64,000 nt of DNA from Azolla caroliniana (taxonomy: Eukaryota; Plantae; Polypodiophyta): assembly GCA_043228905.1 (NCBI GenBank), contig JBHGNT010000003.1:19468001-19532000 (forward strand), read 5' to 3'. The position numbers and the translations under genes are program-made. This document shows, piece after piece, positions 51,117-63,816 of the stretch. The notes under the pieces were generated by a model. The model saw only the letters and a list, made by a program, of their open reading frames with translations. It was not told the DNA's origin and searched no databases. Positions within the stretch are counted from its first letter, which is position 1. Each line of letters begins with the position of its first letter.

Positions 51117-51930
51117 TCTTCTTCTAACTAACTAAGGACATCAAATCTGTTCGCTAGATCTGGGCTATTAGTACTATTAGGACTATCAGATATCCCTACT
51201 GAAATAGGCTCGGGTTTAGTACAATTAGAACTAGCGACTATTTGGTTTACCTGTCTTCTTGGCCTATGGGGGCAATTTATTGCAATATGTCCTGGTCCAC
51301 CGTAGTAAAGACATAATCGATTTGTACGGCGTCGCTGCTTTTCTTCTTCGGAGAATGGCCCTCGACGACGTTGTCGTGAAGAAAACCGTCCCTTAGCGCA
51401 ATCGGTGCATAGCGCTCGTGAACCAGCTCTTCACGCGTGCGCGCCCTTTAATGTATATAATAGGGAATTAGGTACATAGGCATATCCGGGGGTAGCTAGA
51501 TTCGGTAGGTAGGAAGTAAATGAGGGAGACGGCTCCCTTCCTGAAGCTATAAAAGAGAGGGAGACGCGGGGGAGAAGGGGATCACGCGTTGAGGAGGACG
51601 AAGTGTTGTCGAACCGTAACCGAACGCTTCTCCTCTGTTCATTCTCGATCGCTCTTCTCTGCAGGATTTCGGGAGGCTCGCGCTGCTTCGAGGAACGCCC
51701 GTGTGCTTCCGGCAGCACCTCCATCCTATCCCGTTTCGTCCACAGACGAACAGGCATCGACATCTGTTCGCCGGCACGTAACCGGTCGTCTCTCTCTTTC
51801 TCTTTCCCCTCCTATCACCTGCTCTTCGGTTCAAGACCCCGGTGGTCCCGCCTCGTTTCTCCACGCACGCGCGTAGCAACGCGACATATTTGGTGAACCC
51901 GACGAGAACAAGGCGGCAGAGGAGCAGAAG

Positions 51931-54020
51931 ATGAGGGGGTCGGATCTTGCAGAGGCCATGGCTTCGGCCGTGGACCGGAATGTGAGCGCGCGCGACGGCA
52001 CCGGCGCCCTTGACAGGGCTATTGAGGCGATCGTCGGTACGATCGGCCGGTTCAGTGGAAAGGATGCCACGAGTTATTTGGCGTCCTACCAGGCGGAGAT
52101 GTTGATGAGGGATATTCCGGAAGAGAGGCGTCTTGCCAGATTCCCTCGAGTGGCGATGCCGGGCATCCATGCGGAGGTGCTCGAGGTCCGGGCGGAGAGC
52201 CGGACCTGGGAGGAGTTTGAAGGACGGCTCCTGGAGAAATACGGGCTGGATGACGCGCTTCGACTTTCGAAGCGGGGCTTCATGGAGTGGTGGAGTCCCC
52301 CAACAAAGGAAGAAATGCATCGGTACTCCTCTGGGAGTTTGAGGAACGCTTTGCCCGCCTTTCGGCGCTTGATCGGACCGTTCTGGACACAAGTCGTGTC
52401 CTACTGTTTGTCAAATCGGTTGACGCACGGGATCGGGAGCAAGTGGGCTCCTTACTGGAAACCGAAGACGGGCTGACGGCCGACTGGGCCGCGGTAAAAA
52501 GAGTCTGCGGCCGTTTTGACAAAAGGTGGGAGTGGGCTGATACAGGGGCGACCAGGACGGGTCCTGTCGCAGCGAGGAAGCTCGAACCGATACCCCAGGT
52601 GCGACGGGAAGAGACCCGGGAGTGGCTCGAAACCGGTTCGGCTTCGACCGGCGTGGTCAGAGGCTCGTCCGGGGGGATAGCTTTGGAGGAGTTGACACGG
52701 GCGGTAAAGGATCTCTAGATCGCCCAGGCTCGGAGGGAAGGTGGCGAACAGGCTCGTGACCGACGGCCTCCGACAGGAAATAGGTGCATGTGGTGCGACG
52801 AGGTCGGCCACATCCGGAAAGACTGCAGGGACTTTGCGGAGGCTTTGAGAAGCCGGGTAGTGTACCTGTGGGAAGATCGGGTGCACGCCAGCGATACCCG
52901 GAGGGCGCTGAACCGAAACGATGGGCGAGGAGGAATGAAAAGGCTGATGGAAGAGGCGGTGGCCGGTATTCGGGTCGGTGGCAGCGAGGCCGGGAAGGGG
53001 AGCAAAGCCGGGTTCTGGCCGACGGTGCTGGAAGGCCTCGCCGGTGCCCGACTAAAAAAAGACGAGGCAGACCGCGCGGAGAAGCGGGTCCAGGAGGTAA
53101 CCGGGTGGAGTGACCCGATCAAAGAAAAGACGGGTTTCGTCGAAGCAGCTTGCTAGAACTACGAGGCTCTGGTTGAAGACAAACGGGTAGGTAAAACCGG
53201 AGGGGCCGGACCCTCACAGAGATACGAAACCCGATTCAGGCCGAAACAGAACGAGGCCGGTGAGACCAGTGGCCGGGATAACCACAAGAAGTGCGGATAC
53301 CGGTTGGGCACAGATATCGAAAGGACCACGGACCTACGAAAGGTCCTGGAAGAACGAATCCTCGACAACAAGGTGGAACTGTCTTTGCGGGAGGTGCTCG
53401 GAATCGCCAAGAAGGAGTTCCACGACTCCATCGTAGACTTGGTGAAGAGGAAGAGGCTGTCGACGGAGATAGAACCGGAAAGGCCGGTTGAGGTGCGGGC
53501 GATGCACATGGAGGACATGGCGATGGAAGACGACTGGGCGGAGAGCCACTACTCGAGGCCACACTAGGCCCAAGCGACCACGGAAACCCCGATGAAGATT
53601 GGAGATGTTTAGGAACCGGTGGTGGCGCTGGTGGACCACGGTTCGGAAATAAACCTGATGTCCATGGACTTCTACAAGAAGGGGAAATGGCCGATCAACA
53701 CCAAGCACGGGTGGAAGATACGGGCGGCGACTCGCGCCACCGAGGAACTACATGGGGCCTGCCCAAACGTGCGAGTCAAGATCGGCGACGTCGAGATAGA
53801 TCAACACTTCTTTGTGCAGGAGACGTCCTCACACCCGGTCATACTGGGAGAACCGTACATTACGGCAACGCGGATGGAGACCAAGGTGCTGGACAACGGG
53901 TCGGCTTACGCGAGGGTCAAGAGTCAGGACGGGCGTCATTCCGTCTAGTTCCTGACGGTGCGACCAAACCACGAGCGAAACCGCGAGTCCCTCGGTGGCG
54001 AGAACCGAGAGGATTTTTAG
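51931..54020 (+). pseudogene. element I gag-protease ORF (stops and frameshifts)
   Basis: MRGSDLAEAM..., WCDEVGHIRKDC knuckle, ALVDHGSEINLM. Ends GAG GAT TTT TAG. Confidence 0.85.
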
Positions 54021-57000
54021 AGAGGGCTGTCAAGGCGTGGGGCCGCGACAGTCCGGACACTCCGGGAAAACCCCACAAATGTACGATAGAGGCGAAACCG
54101 AAGAAACCTTGTATCATAAGTAGGAAGTTTTGTTTCTCCGACAACGGAGGGTGTACGATAGTCGGTGTCGTTGGCCGAGAAAAGACAAGGGCGGAAGAGC
54201 GACTTCGGGTGTGCGGAGTTCTCGGGCCCAGTGAGGAAATCAACGGAGCCGTGGAGGCGGTCTCCTTCGACGATACCTTGGGAGTACTGCGAGAGGTGGT
54301 CGGAGAGGGCCTTAAAGAGGACCGGACGATACCGGTTTGTTCAGAAGAGATGTATGAAGTCATCGCGGACTTCAGTCGAGGGCTCGAGTCAGATCGGACG
54401 GCCTGGGTTAACACGAAGTACAAGACTGTGGACCGGAAGGTAAGGCCAGTCGCGGCACCCTTACCGAAGGGCAACGAGTTGCGAATCAAGGGGGTCGCGT
54501 CGGACCCCAATTTACGAGATCCAGCCTGCATAGGACACGCCTTCACCGATAGAACGCTATGGGAGCTCAAAATCGGTGGGGGCGGGTTCCTACTGCCGAC
54601 GGAAGAAGACCGGTTTCGGAGAATGCTCGGAAGGCACGGGAAAGCCTTCGCATTCTCACCGGGAGAGATCGGGTTCGTAGACCCGACAGTCGTGAAGCCG
54701 ATGGTGATATTCACGGTACCGCATGTGCCGTGGAATCTCAAACCAATTCCGGTACCGAGAGCTCACATCTCGGAGCTGATGGAGTTGTTGAGGCAGAAAG
54801 TCGATATGGGCATCCTCGAACCGTCGAGTGCCCCGTAGTCGAACCGGTGGTTTACTATACCGAAGAAGAATGGGACGTTGCGCTTCATTCAAGACCTGCA
54901 ACCGGTCAACAGAGTGACCATTCGGAACGCAGGAATCGGACCAACGATAAACGAGTTCGCAGAGGCCTTCGCCAGAAGGTCGATCTACTCGGTCGGTGAT
55001 CTGTACTCGAGGTACGATCAGTTCCAACAAGCAGAGACATTACGACGATGCGGACTCCACTCGGCCTAGTGCGGATGTGTACCCTGCCAGAAGGAGGGAA
55101 GAACTCGGTGGCCCACATGGTGAATGCGATGAACAAGGTGCTAAGGGATTGTATCCCGGACATCACCATGCCATTCTTGGACGACATCCCGATCAAGGGA
55201 TGTCTGGTGGAGGAAAAGGACGAAACGATCGGACCAGACGGATGTCGGAAATTCGTGGCGACACACATTGACGACTGCAAGAGGGTGCTGCAGAGGCTAG
55301 AGGACGCGAGGCTCACCTTCTCCGGGGAGAAATCGGCCTTCGGGCAATCAGAGATCATGGTCGTCGGACATCTATGCGGACCGTATGGCCGGAAACCGTC
55401 TCCGGCTAAGGTGGAAGCCATCTCCGCAATGAAGCCCGACTATAACTCGGTCACGGAGGTACGGAGGTTCTTGGGAGCATGCACGTTCTACCACATATGG
55501 ATCCCGCATTACGCCCATGTTGCCGAGCCACTATACAGGTTGCTGAAAAAGGGGCGAAAATTTGAGTGGCGAGACGAGCATACGGAGTCGGTCTGAAAGA
55601 TGAAGGAGGCTCTTGCTGCAGCTCCGATACTCCGGAAGGCTGTCTACGAGAAAGGCACTCCCGTCTACATAACGGTAGATACGAGTCCGACCGGGATCGG
55701 ATGGGTTGTCAACCAAGAAGATGAGGACGGCATTCGGTTCCCAATCCGGTTCGGTGCGAAGGTCCTCAGCGAGCGACAGCGAGGATATGCCCAGGTTAAA
55801 CGCGAACTCTGGGGTATCGTTTCGGCGGTGAAGGCTGATAAAGACTATCTGATCGGGACAGAGGTGATTATCGAGACGGACTGCCAGCCGATTCTCGGCA
55901 TGGTTTCTGGATGCGCAAACCCGGACCTGGCAATGCTCAGGTGGATAGCGTACATCAAGTCCCTGGATCCGGAAATACAACACATTTCCAGGAAAGACAA
56001 TGCCATGGCCGACATGCTTTCAAGGGCACGATTCGACGACGAGGGCGGCATGGTTTCGGAGGACGAGGAAGTCGGCGTGGACTTCTTCGAGTCGGCTTAC
56101 GTAACAACCGAGGGGGGGAGCAGTCCGGTGCTTAACGATTTTAACGAGAGCAAGTACGATGGGGAGTGGCTGCAGATTGAAGGATTCTTAAGGACGATGA
56201 CGCCGAACGCGTCATGGACAAAGGACGAGGCCAACCGGATCCGGAAGAAAGCGTACCGATTCTTTCTCCAGGACGAATACTTGTGGAAGCACCCGAAGAA
56301 GAGAAACGGCATCCCGCTCCGAGTAGTGGCGATGAAGGAGGAACAAGAGGAGTTACTGAAGGCCTACCACGACAGCCCCTGGGCTGGACACCGTGGAACG
56401 TGGGCCACGTTCGAGAAACTAAAGGGGAAGTACTGGTGGCCGGGACTGTACCGGGACGTGCATCGGTTCGTGACGACTTGTGAGAGCTGCCAGATACACT
56501 CCATAGTCCGACATCGGGACGAGCTTCACCCTACATACCCTCCGGCCATCCACTTCAAATGGATGGTAGATTTGGTGACGATGCCGATGGGCGTAGGGCA
56601 GATGCGATATCTGGTGCTAGCCCGGGAGGACCTGACGAACCAAGTGGAAGGCCGAGCCCTGCAGAACAAAACGACCGCGGCCGTGTGTCGGTTCCTGATT
56701 GAGGACGTGATATGTCGGTACGGGTGCGTCGGGAAGATCGTGCCTGACTGCGGGGAGTTGGATGCCGAAGAGGCCGATGAGCTGTTCGACCGGTTAGGGG
56801 TCAAGCTCTCGCTCACCACAACGTACAATCCGGAGGCGAACGGGAAGGTGGAGCGCGGACACGGACCGATCGTCAAAGCATTAGTCTGGGCATGCGGAGG
56901 CCAGGTCGGGAACAGGACAACACACAGTTCGGTAACCGGGTTCATGCCGTCAGAGCTCATGTTCGGACAGAAGCCGATCATGCCGATGGAACGGACGATC

Positions 57001-57551
57001 TCCTCTTGGGCGACAGTGGACTGGAGAGATGAGATGAGCCGGGAAGAACTGCTAGCGGTGCGTATACGGCAGCTCGAGCGGAGGCCAGAGGACGTGGAAC
57101 GAGCGGCAGAGAGACTTCGGACGGTGAGGATGGGAACAAAGCCCGGTTTGACCGAACGCACCGGCTCCGACCAAAGAAAACCGAGGAAGGCGACTGGGTG
57201 CTAGTCTACGACAGCAGCCTCGACAACCAGCACCGGGCAACACAGAAGTTTGCAAAGCGGTGGATTGGGCCTTACGTGGTAACGAGCACCAACGACAATG
57301 GGACGTATCACCTGGCGGAACTCGACGGTACGAGGATGGCGATACCAGTAGCAGGGAAGCGGATCAAAGCGTTCAAGAAGCGCCACGACGGCGAACCGGA
57401 TCTAAGAGGCCTGGACAGCGACGACGAACAGTCCGAAACGGAGGACGAACCGATGGACGAAGAACCGGAACTCGGACCAGTTTTCTCCAACCAGAGCACA
57501 ATTTTGGTGCATACCGGTGGATGCGCGGTTAGGTGGGGGTGGATGTCGTGA
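54011..57551 (+). pseudogene. element I pol (RT, RNase H, integrase) in the -1 frame
   Basis: PFLDDIPIKG, TVDTSPTGIG, HDSPWAGHRG...CESCQ, YNPEANGKVERG, WIGPYVV. Confidence 0.88.
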
Positions 57552-59018
57552 AGAAAACCGTCCCTTAGCGCAATCGGTGCATAGCGCGCGTGAACCGGCT
57601 CTTCACGCGTGCGCGCCCTTTAATGTATATAATAGGGAATTAGGTACATAGGCATATCCGGGGGTAGCTAGATTCGGTAGGTAGGAAGTAAATGAGGGAG
57701 ACGAATCCCTTCCTAAAGCTATAAAAGAGAGGGAGACGCGGGGGAGAAGGGGATCACGCGTTGAGGAGGATGAAGTGCTGTCGAACCGTAACCGAACGCT
57801 TCTCCTCTGTTCATTCTCGATCGCTCTTCTCTGCAGGATTTCGGGAGGCTCGCGCAGCTTCGAGGAACGCCCGTGTGCTTCCGGTAGCACCTCCATCCTA
57901 TCCCCTTTCGTGCGCAGAAGAAACGGCATCGGCATCTGTTCGCCGGCCTGTTCGGTTGTAACCGCTCGCGTGCTCTGTTGTTTTGTGTCATTTGTTAATA
58001 TACAAACATTCGTGTCTCTCTGTCTTTGTGTCCATTCGTGTTTTCTGCGTTGACGGGCCATGCCCCTGTGTTTCTTTGCTCATACGTAACCGGTCGTCTC
58101 TCTCTTTCTCTTTCCCCTCCTATCACCTGCTCTTCGGTTCAAGACCCCGGTGGTCCCGCCTCGTTTCTCCACACACGCGCGTAGCAACGCGACAATGTGT
58201 AGTGTCAATCTCCATCGGAGTCGAAGTATTCGCTGGAGGCGCATTATATGACTCCCTCGGAAAAGGTCTTGCTACCACTGAGGCGTAGGTGGGCTCTGAT
58301 CTTGCCCTCGGCATCTGTAGCTGTCGTTCCGAACGTCGCTCAAAGAGGCGGTTGTCACATCTCACCGCGCGACTGATTGCTTCTGTTAAGGACTTTGGCT
58401 CTTCGGTGAAGGTCAAGAGTAAATCCTTGACGTCGTTGTGTAAACCATAACGGAATTGCTCCATCAATGCTCCATCATCCCAAGGGATATCAGCGGCGAG
58501 TAGGCGAAAATCTGCAGCGTATGCAGAGGCTGGACGGTCACCTTGGCGTAATCGCCGAATTTTGTTGATTGCGGTCCTGATGCTGTCAGTATCTTCGAAA
58601 CATGCTTTAAACTCACCTAGAAACTCTTCAAAATTATTGAGTAACGGAGATTCCTTTTCTAATAGTGGAGCGAACCATGCCAACGCTGAGCCACTTAACC
58701 AAGTGCCTACTAAACCCATTCGTGATGCATCGGTGGGATACCGGGAGGGATGCATTTGAATAACTAATCGTACCTGGTTAAGGAACCCTCTAAATTGTGA
58801 TCGCGTTCCATCGAACTTCGTGGGAAGGCCAATCTTGGGTTCTTTATGAATCCCTCGTGTTCCGGGCCCTTGTTGTTGCATCGCTACGATGGTTGCTTCG
58901 AGTTGTTGCACGCGTAACGCAAGTTCCCCATGCTTGTTGGGATTACGGTCCCTCCGGATGGGATGGTTAGATGTCCGGGAATCGGGAATGAAGACCCGAA
59001 TGAGGAGTACCCGGTATC

Positions 59019-59225
59019 GGAACCGGATGATGAAGACCCGGTTTCGGATCTGGATGATGAAGACCCTGGCTACGGAGCCGGATGACGAAGACCCGGTTTC
59101 GGAGCCGGATGATGAAGACCCGGTTTCGGAGCCGGATGATGAAGACCCCGGCTACGGAGCCGGATGACGAAGACCCGGTTTCGGAGCCGGATGATGAAGA
59201 CCCCGGCTACGGAGCCGGATGACGA
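59019..59225 (+). repeat. 27/28-bp tandem array in the copia E LTR U3
   Basis: Units GGAGCCGGATGAYGAAGACCC(C)GG(TTTC/CTAC). Confidence 0.9.
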
Positions 59226-59742
59226 ATGTACCCGGAGAGAGATCCGGATGCGGGGACATATTTGTGAATATGTTTGCCAAGGGCCCTCTAGGCTATATTT
59301 GTAAATAGCCCGAAAGTCATATGTGTATAAATATGACTTAGGGCAAACAGTTTTGTAGTTGTTGCTCATTTTTCCTGTTTTCCACTTAGAGGGAGCGAAG
59401 TGAGAGCAGCCGAGAGAGAGAGAGTGAGAGAGAGAGAGAAAGGAAGAGGTCGACGCCTCTGTGTAATACCGCCGCCTGTGGCGAGGACAGCGAGCTCAAG
59501 GTCGTCGCCTTGCAGCTCGTCATTGTACATTCCCTGCGTATAGTGATAGTTGGAGTCTTGCACTCCCGTGGTTTTTCACGTCTAGGGTTTTCCACGCTAA
59601 ACCCTGTGCATTCGAGTCTCTCTCTGTGTTCTTGATTTACTTCTACATTGATTCGTGTTTCCTCGGTTGTGGCCGAGAGGCGAAGGTTTTGAAAGCGTCG
59701 ATTTCCCAACAATCTGGTATCAGAGCGACTGCAGTGCAGAAA

Positions 59743-62700
59743 ATGGAAGGCGACAACAGCGGGCAGCCGGGGATAATGGTGCTGAATGCGCAGAACTACG
59801 CCGACTGGAAGATAAAGATGGAGGATCTGCTCATCGTTCGGGACCTGTATGAACCGATCGACAGGTCGGAAATACCCAAGGGGGTACTTGAGACGGAATG
59901 GAGGCTTCTGAACCGGAAAGCCGTTGCAACCATTCGGCAATACGTCGACGTGAGCGTTCTACAAGATGTGGCGAACGACACCAACGCATATGAGATGTGG
60001 CAGAAGCTGTCGGGCCTCTACGAGAGGAAGAATGCGTTGAACCGGACCTCCCTGATGAGGAAGATAGTGAACCTCAAGTACCGGGACGGCGAGAGTATGG
60101 TGGAACACGTAAGCACGTTCATGGGATTCGTGAACCAGCTTGCGGCGATCAAGTTCCCGTTGGAGGATGCAATGCAAGCCATCATGCTGATGTGTACATT
60201 GCCGGAAAGCTGGGAGAACTTGGTGGTGACTCTCAGCACCTCCTGCACCGAAGATAACTTGTCCTTACAAACGGTAAAGACAAGCATTTTGAACTAAGAA
60301 GCGCGTCGGAGAGATAAAGAACCGGCCTCCGATCCGAAGATGCTGCTTACCGAATCGGATCGGGGAAGACAACGGAACCGGAGTCCGCAAAGACGGGAGA
60401 AGTCGGGGACCCGGTCGCAGTCAAGAGGAAGGCCCACGTGCTTCCACTGTGGGAAGTCGGGGCACTTCCGAAAGAATTGTCGGCATTACCGAAAAGACAA
60501 CGGAGCCGACGACACCGATTTGAAGAAGTCTTCGGAACGGAACGGTGCTTACCGGGGAGCCACGGACCGGAATGGTTCGGATCGGCGAGGGCAGGACCGG
60601 AAAGGAACGACGGCACTCGCGGCAAGTGAAGAGGAGATCATGCTCATCACCGAAGAAGGTGAACTAAACATTGCCGGCGATGAGACTACCTGGGTGGTCG
60701 ATTCCGGAGCGTCGTTCCACCTGACCCCGGAAAGAAGATACTTCTCATCCTATACAGCCGGTGAGCATGGCTGCGTTCGGATGGGAAATGAAGGTACGTG
60801 CCGGATTGCCGGCATAGGAGACGTGTGGCTGACAACCTCGACCGGATGCAAAATGTTGCTGAAGGATGTCCGACACGTTCCGGAGGTTCGATTGAACCTG
60901 ATTTCGGCCGGGAGGCTAGACGATGAAGGCTACACAGGTAGCATCCGGAACTGCGTAATGAAGTTCAGCAAGGGGAGCCTGATAGTGGCTCGGGCCCGGA
61001 AAGTCAACACACTGTACCTTATGAATGCCTGGTTGTGTCCGGATGAGTTGAACGTGGCAGCCGACACTGCCGGTGAGCTGTGGCACAAGAGACTGTGCCA
61101 CATGAGTGAGAAGGGGATGAAGAGGCTTGCAGAAGACAACCTTATTCCAGTGAAGCATGTGCACCTGGAGAAGTGCACCGATTGCCTGGCCGGTAAGAAG
61201 AACCGAACCTCCTTCCACTCAAGGCCACCGACGAGACGTAGCGCACCATTGGAGTTGGTGCACACTGACGTGTGTCAAGTAGAAACGAAGTCACATGGCG
61301 GAGCCCAGTACTTCGTGACATTCATTGATGACCACAGCCGGAAGCTGTGGACGGCACCGTTGAAGAAAAAGGACCAAGTGTTGTGCGTCTTCAAAGAACT
61401 CCACGCGAGAGTGGAAAGGGAATCCGGCAAGAAGCTGAAAGCGATACGAGCGGATAACGGAGGGGAATACCGGGGGCAGTTCAAGGAGTACTGTCGCTCG
61501 AAGGGAATCCGGCTCGAGTTTACTGTGCCGAAGACGCCGGAACTGAACGGGCTGGCCGAGAGGATGAACCGAACCATAATGGAGAGGGTCCGGAGTATGC
61601 TGGCGCATGCGAAATTACCCAAGGGGTTTTGGGCTGAGGCAATGTCGACGGCGACATACGTGATAAACAGATCACCCTCAGTACCTTTGGACGGAGACAC
61701 ACCGCAGAGAGTGTGGACCGGCAGGGAAGTATCCTACCGGCATCTGAAGGTGTTCGGGTGTCTCGCATATGTGCATGTGGCAAAGGACCGGAGAGGAAAG
61801 CTAGATCCAAAGACCCGGCCATGCATATTCCTCGGTTACGGCGATGACGAGTTCGGCTACCGAGTATGGGACCTGGTCGACAAAAAGATATTCCGGAGTC
61901 GTGATATCATCTTCATGGAGGACAAGACACTCGCCGACTAGGAGTCGGAGAAGAAGATGAAGAGCTCCAAGTCGACCGGTGAGGATCAACTCTACGAGGA
62001 GCAGTCCCGACCGGCAAGGGACCGGTTAGCAGTCGAGGATCCGGCCGAAGACGGTGAAGAAACAGAACCGGCCGAGGAAGATGAAATTGATACCGGAACC
62101 GGCCCCGATCCCGAAATGGATTCGGATGAAGAGGAAACGGAGGAGCCGGTTACCGAAGCTCCGGAACGGAGATATCCTCTAAGAGAGAGAAGGGCCCCCC
62201 GGAGATTTCCGGAACCAGAGCACGTGCTGCTAACCGACGAGGGGGAGACGGAGAGTTTTGAAGAAGCAAAGCTTGACACCCATAGACGCAGGTGGTTAAG
62301 TGCAATGCAGGAGGAGATGGATTCCCTGCATGAGAACCACACATATGAACTTGTGGAGTTGCCGAAAGGAAAGCGGGCACTTCGAAACAAGTGGGTGTTC
62401 AAGCTGAAACCGGGAGATGCCGGAAACCCCCCGAGATACAAAGCCAGGATCGTGGTGAAGGGGTTCCAGCAGAAGAAGGGCGTCGACTTCGACGAGATAT
62501 TTGCCCCAGTAGTGAAGATGACCTCCATCCGGACGGTGTTGAGCATAGCGGCAAGCATGGACCTCGAGGTAGAACAGATGGACGTGAAGACGACATTCCT
62601 TCACGGTGACCTCGAAGAAGAGATCTACATGCAGCAACCGGAAGGATTCGAGAAGAAAGGGAAGGAGCACCTGGTATGCCGGTTGAAGAAGAGCCTTTAC

Positions 62701-63816
62701 GGACTGAAGCAGGCTCCCCGGCAATGGTACCAGAAGTTCGACTCTTTCAGGACCGACGAAGGGTACCACAAAACGTAGTCCGATCACTGCGTGTTTGTGA
62801 AGAAGTTCGAAGGAGGAGACTTTCTAATACTCCTCCTGTACGTGGACGACATGTTGATCGTCGGACGGGACCAGGTCAAGATACGGATGCTGAAGAAAGT
62901 GCTTCACCGAACCTTCTCAATGAAGGACCTGGGTCCGGCGAGGCAAATACTAGGGATGCACATCATCCGGGACCGGAAGAAGAAGCAGTTGTGGTTGTCA
63001 CAGGAGAAGTACGTGACAAAGGTGCTTCACCGGTTCAACATGTCGGAAGCAAGACCGGTCGGGTCAACCCTCCTGGCAAACTGCAAGTTGTCCAGCAAGC
63101 AAAGTCCCAAGACAAAGGCTGAGAAGGAGGACATGATGAAAGTACCATATGCATCTGCCGTTGGAAGCTTGATGTACGCAATGGTGTGTACAAGACCGGA
63201 CATAGGATATGCAGTCGGAGTGGTGAGCCGGTACATGAGCAATCCCGGCAAAGAGCACTGGAACGCGGCCAAGTGGATACTCCGATACCTGAAGGGCACG
63301 GCAAACGTGTGCCTCCGATTCGGCTCCGGTAAGCCCGAACTCGACGGCTTTACCGATTCGGACATGTCGGCTGATGCAGATACCAGCCGGTCCACATCAG
63401 GGTATGTGATGACGTATGCAGGGGGAGCTGTTTCGTGGCAGTCGAGGTTGCAGAAGACGGTTGCGTTGTCAACCACGGAGGCGGAGTACATGGCGGCTGT
63501 TGAAGCCGGCAAGGAAATAATATGGATGAAGGACTTCATTAGAGAGCTCGGTATCCGGCAGGAAGAGTACCGACTCTACTGCGACAGTCAGAGTGCCATC
63601 CACCTTGCGAAGAACGCAGCCTATCACTCACGGACGAAGCACATCCAGCGAAGATATCACTGGATCCGGGAAAGGATAGAAGACCAGGAGTTCGTGCTGA
63701 TGAAGATCCACACGGACGAGAACGGGTCAGATATGCTGACCAAAGTGCTCACACCCGACAAGCTGGAAGCATGCCGGAAGAGGGTCGGACTGGAAAGACA
63801 TCCCATGCCGAAGTGA
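59743..63816 (+). pseudogene. copia E gag-pol, single frame with three premature stops
   Basis: ORF pieces ending at 60297, 61941, 62778 and 63816 share one frame. All copia domains are present. Confidence 0.93.

Larger units (their letters stand above)
51372..58194 (+). mobile_element. complete Ty3/gypsy element I (non-chromovirus, tRNA-Trp PBS, 4-bp TSD), inactivated
   Basis: LTRs 51372-51886 and 57544-58194. PBS TGGTGAACCCGACG at 51891. PPT AGGTGGGGGTGGA at 57531-57543. TSD ACGT/ATGT. Gag-PR, then RT (PFLDDIP), RH and INT. Confidence 0.96.
47256..58934 (-). mobile_element. chromovirus H (Tcn1-like): 3' LTR 47256-47531, chromodomain, INT, RH, RT, PR, gag; interrupted by element I and by copia E
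   Basis: PPT AAAGGGGGGATAG then TGTCATG. Chromodomain EYEVVAILDSK...YYLVDWLGY...TWEP (47524-47946). RT IYLDDLLVY. Gag resumes at 58195-58934. Confidence 0.93.

Noticed and set aside
59019-59225. CRISPR-like regularly spaced repeats (also 37132-37512)
   Set aside because: Tandem units without unique spacers, located inside eukaryotic LTRs, with no cas genes.
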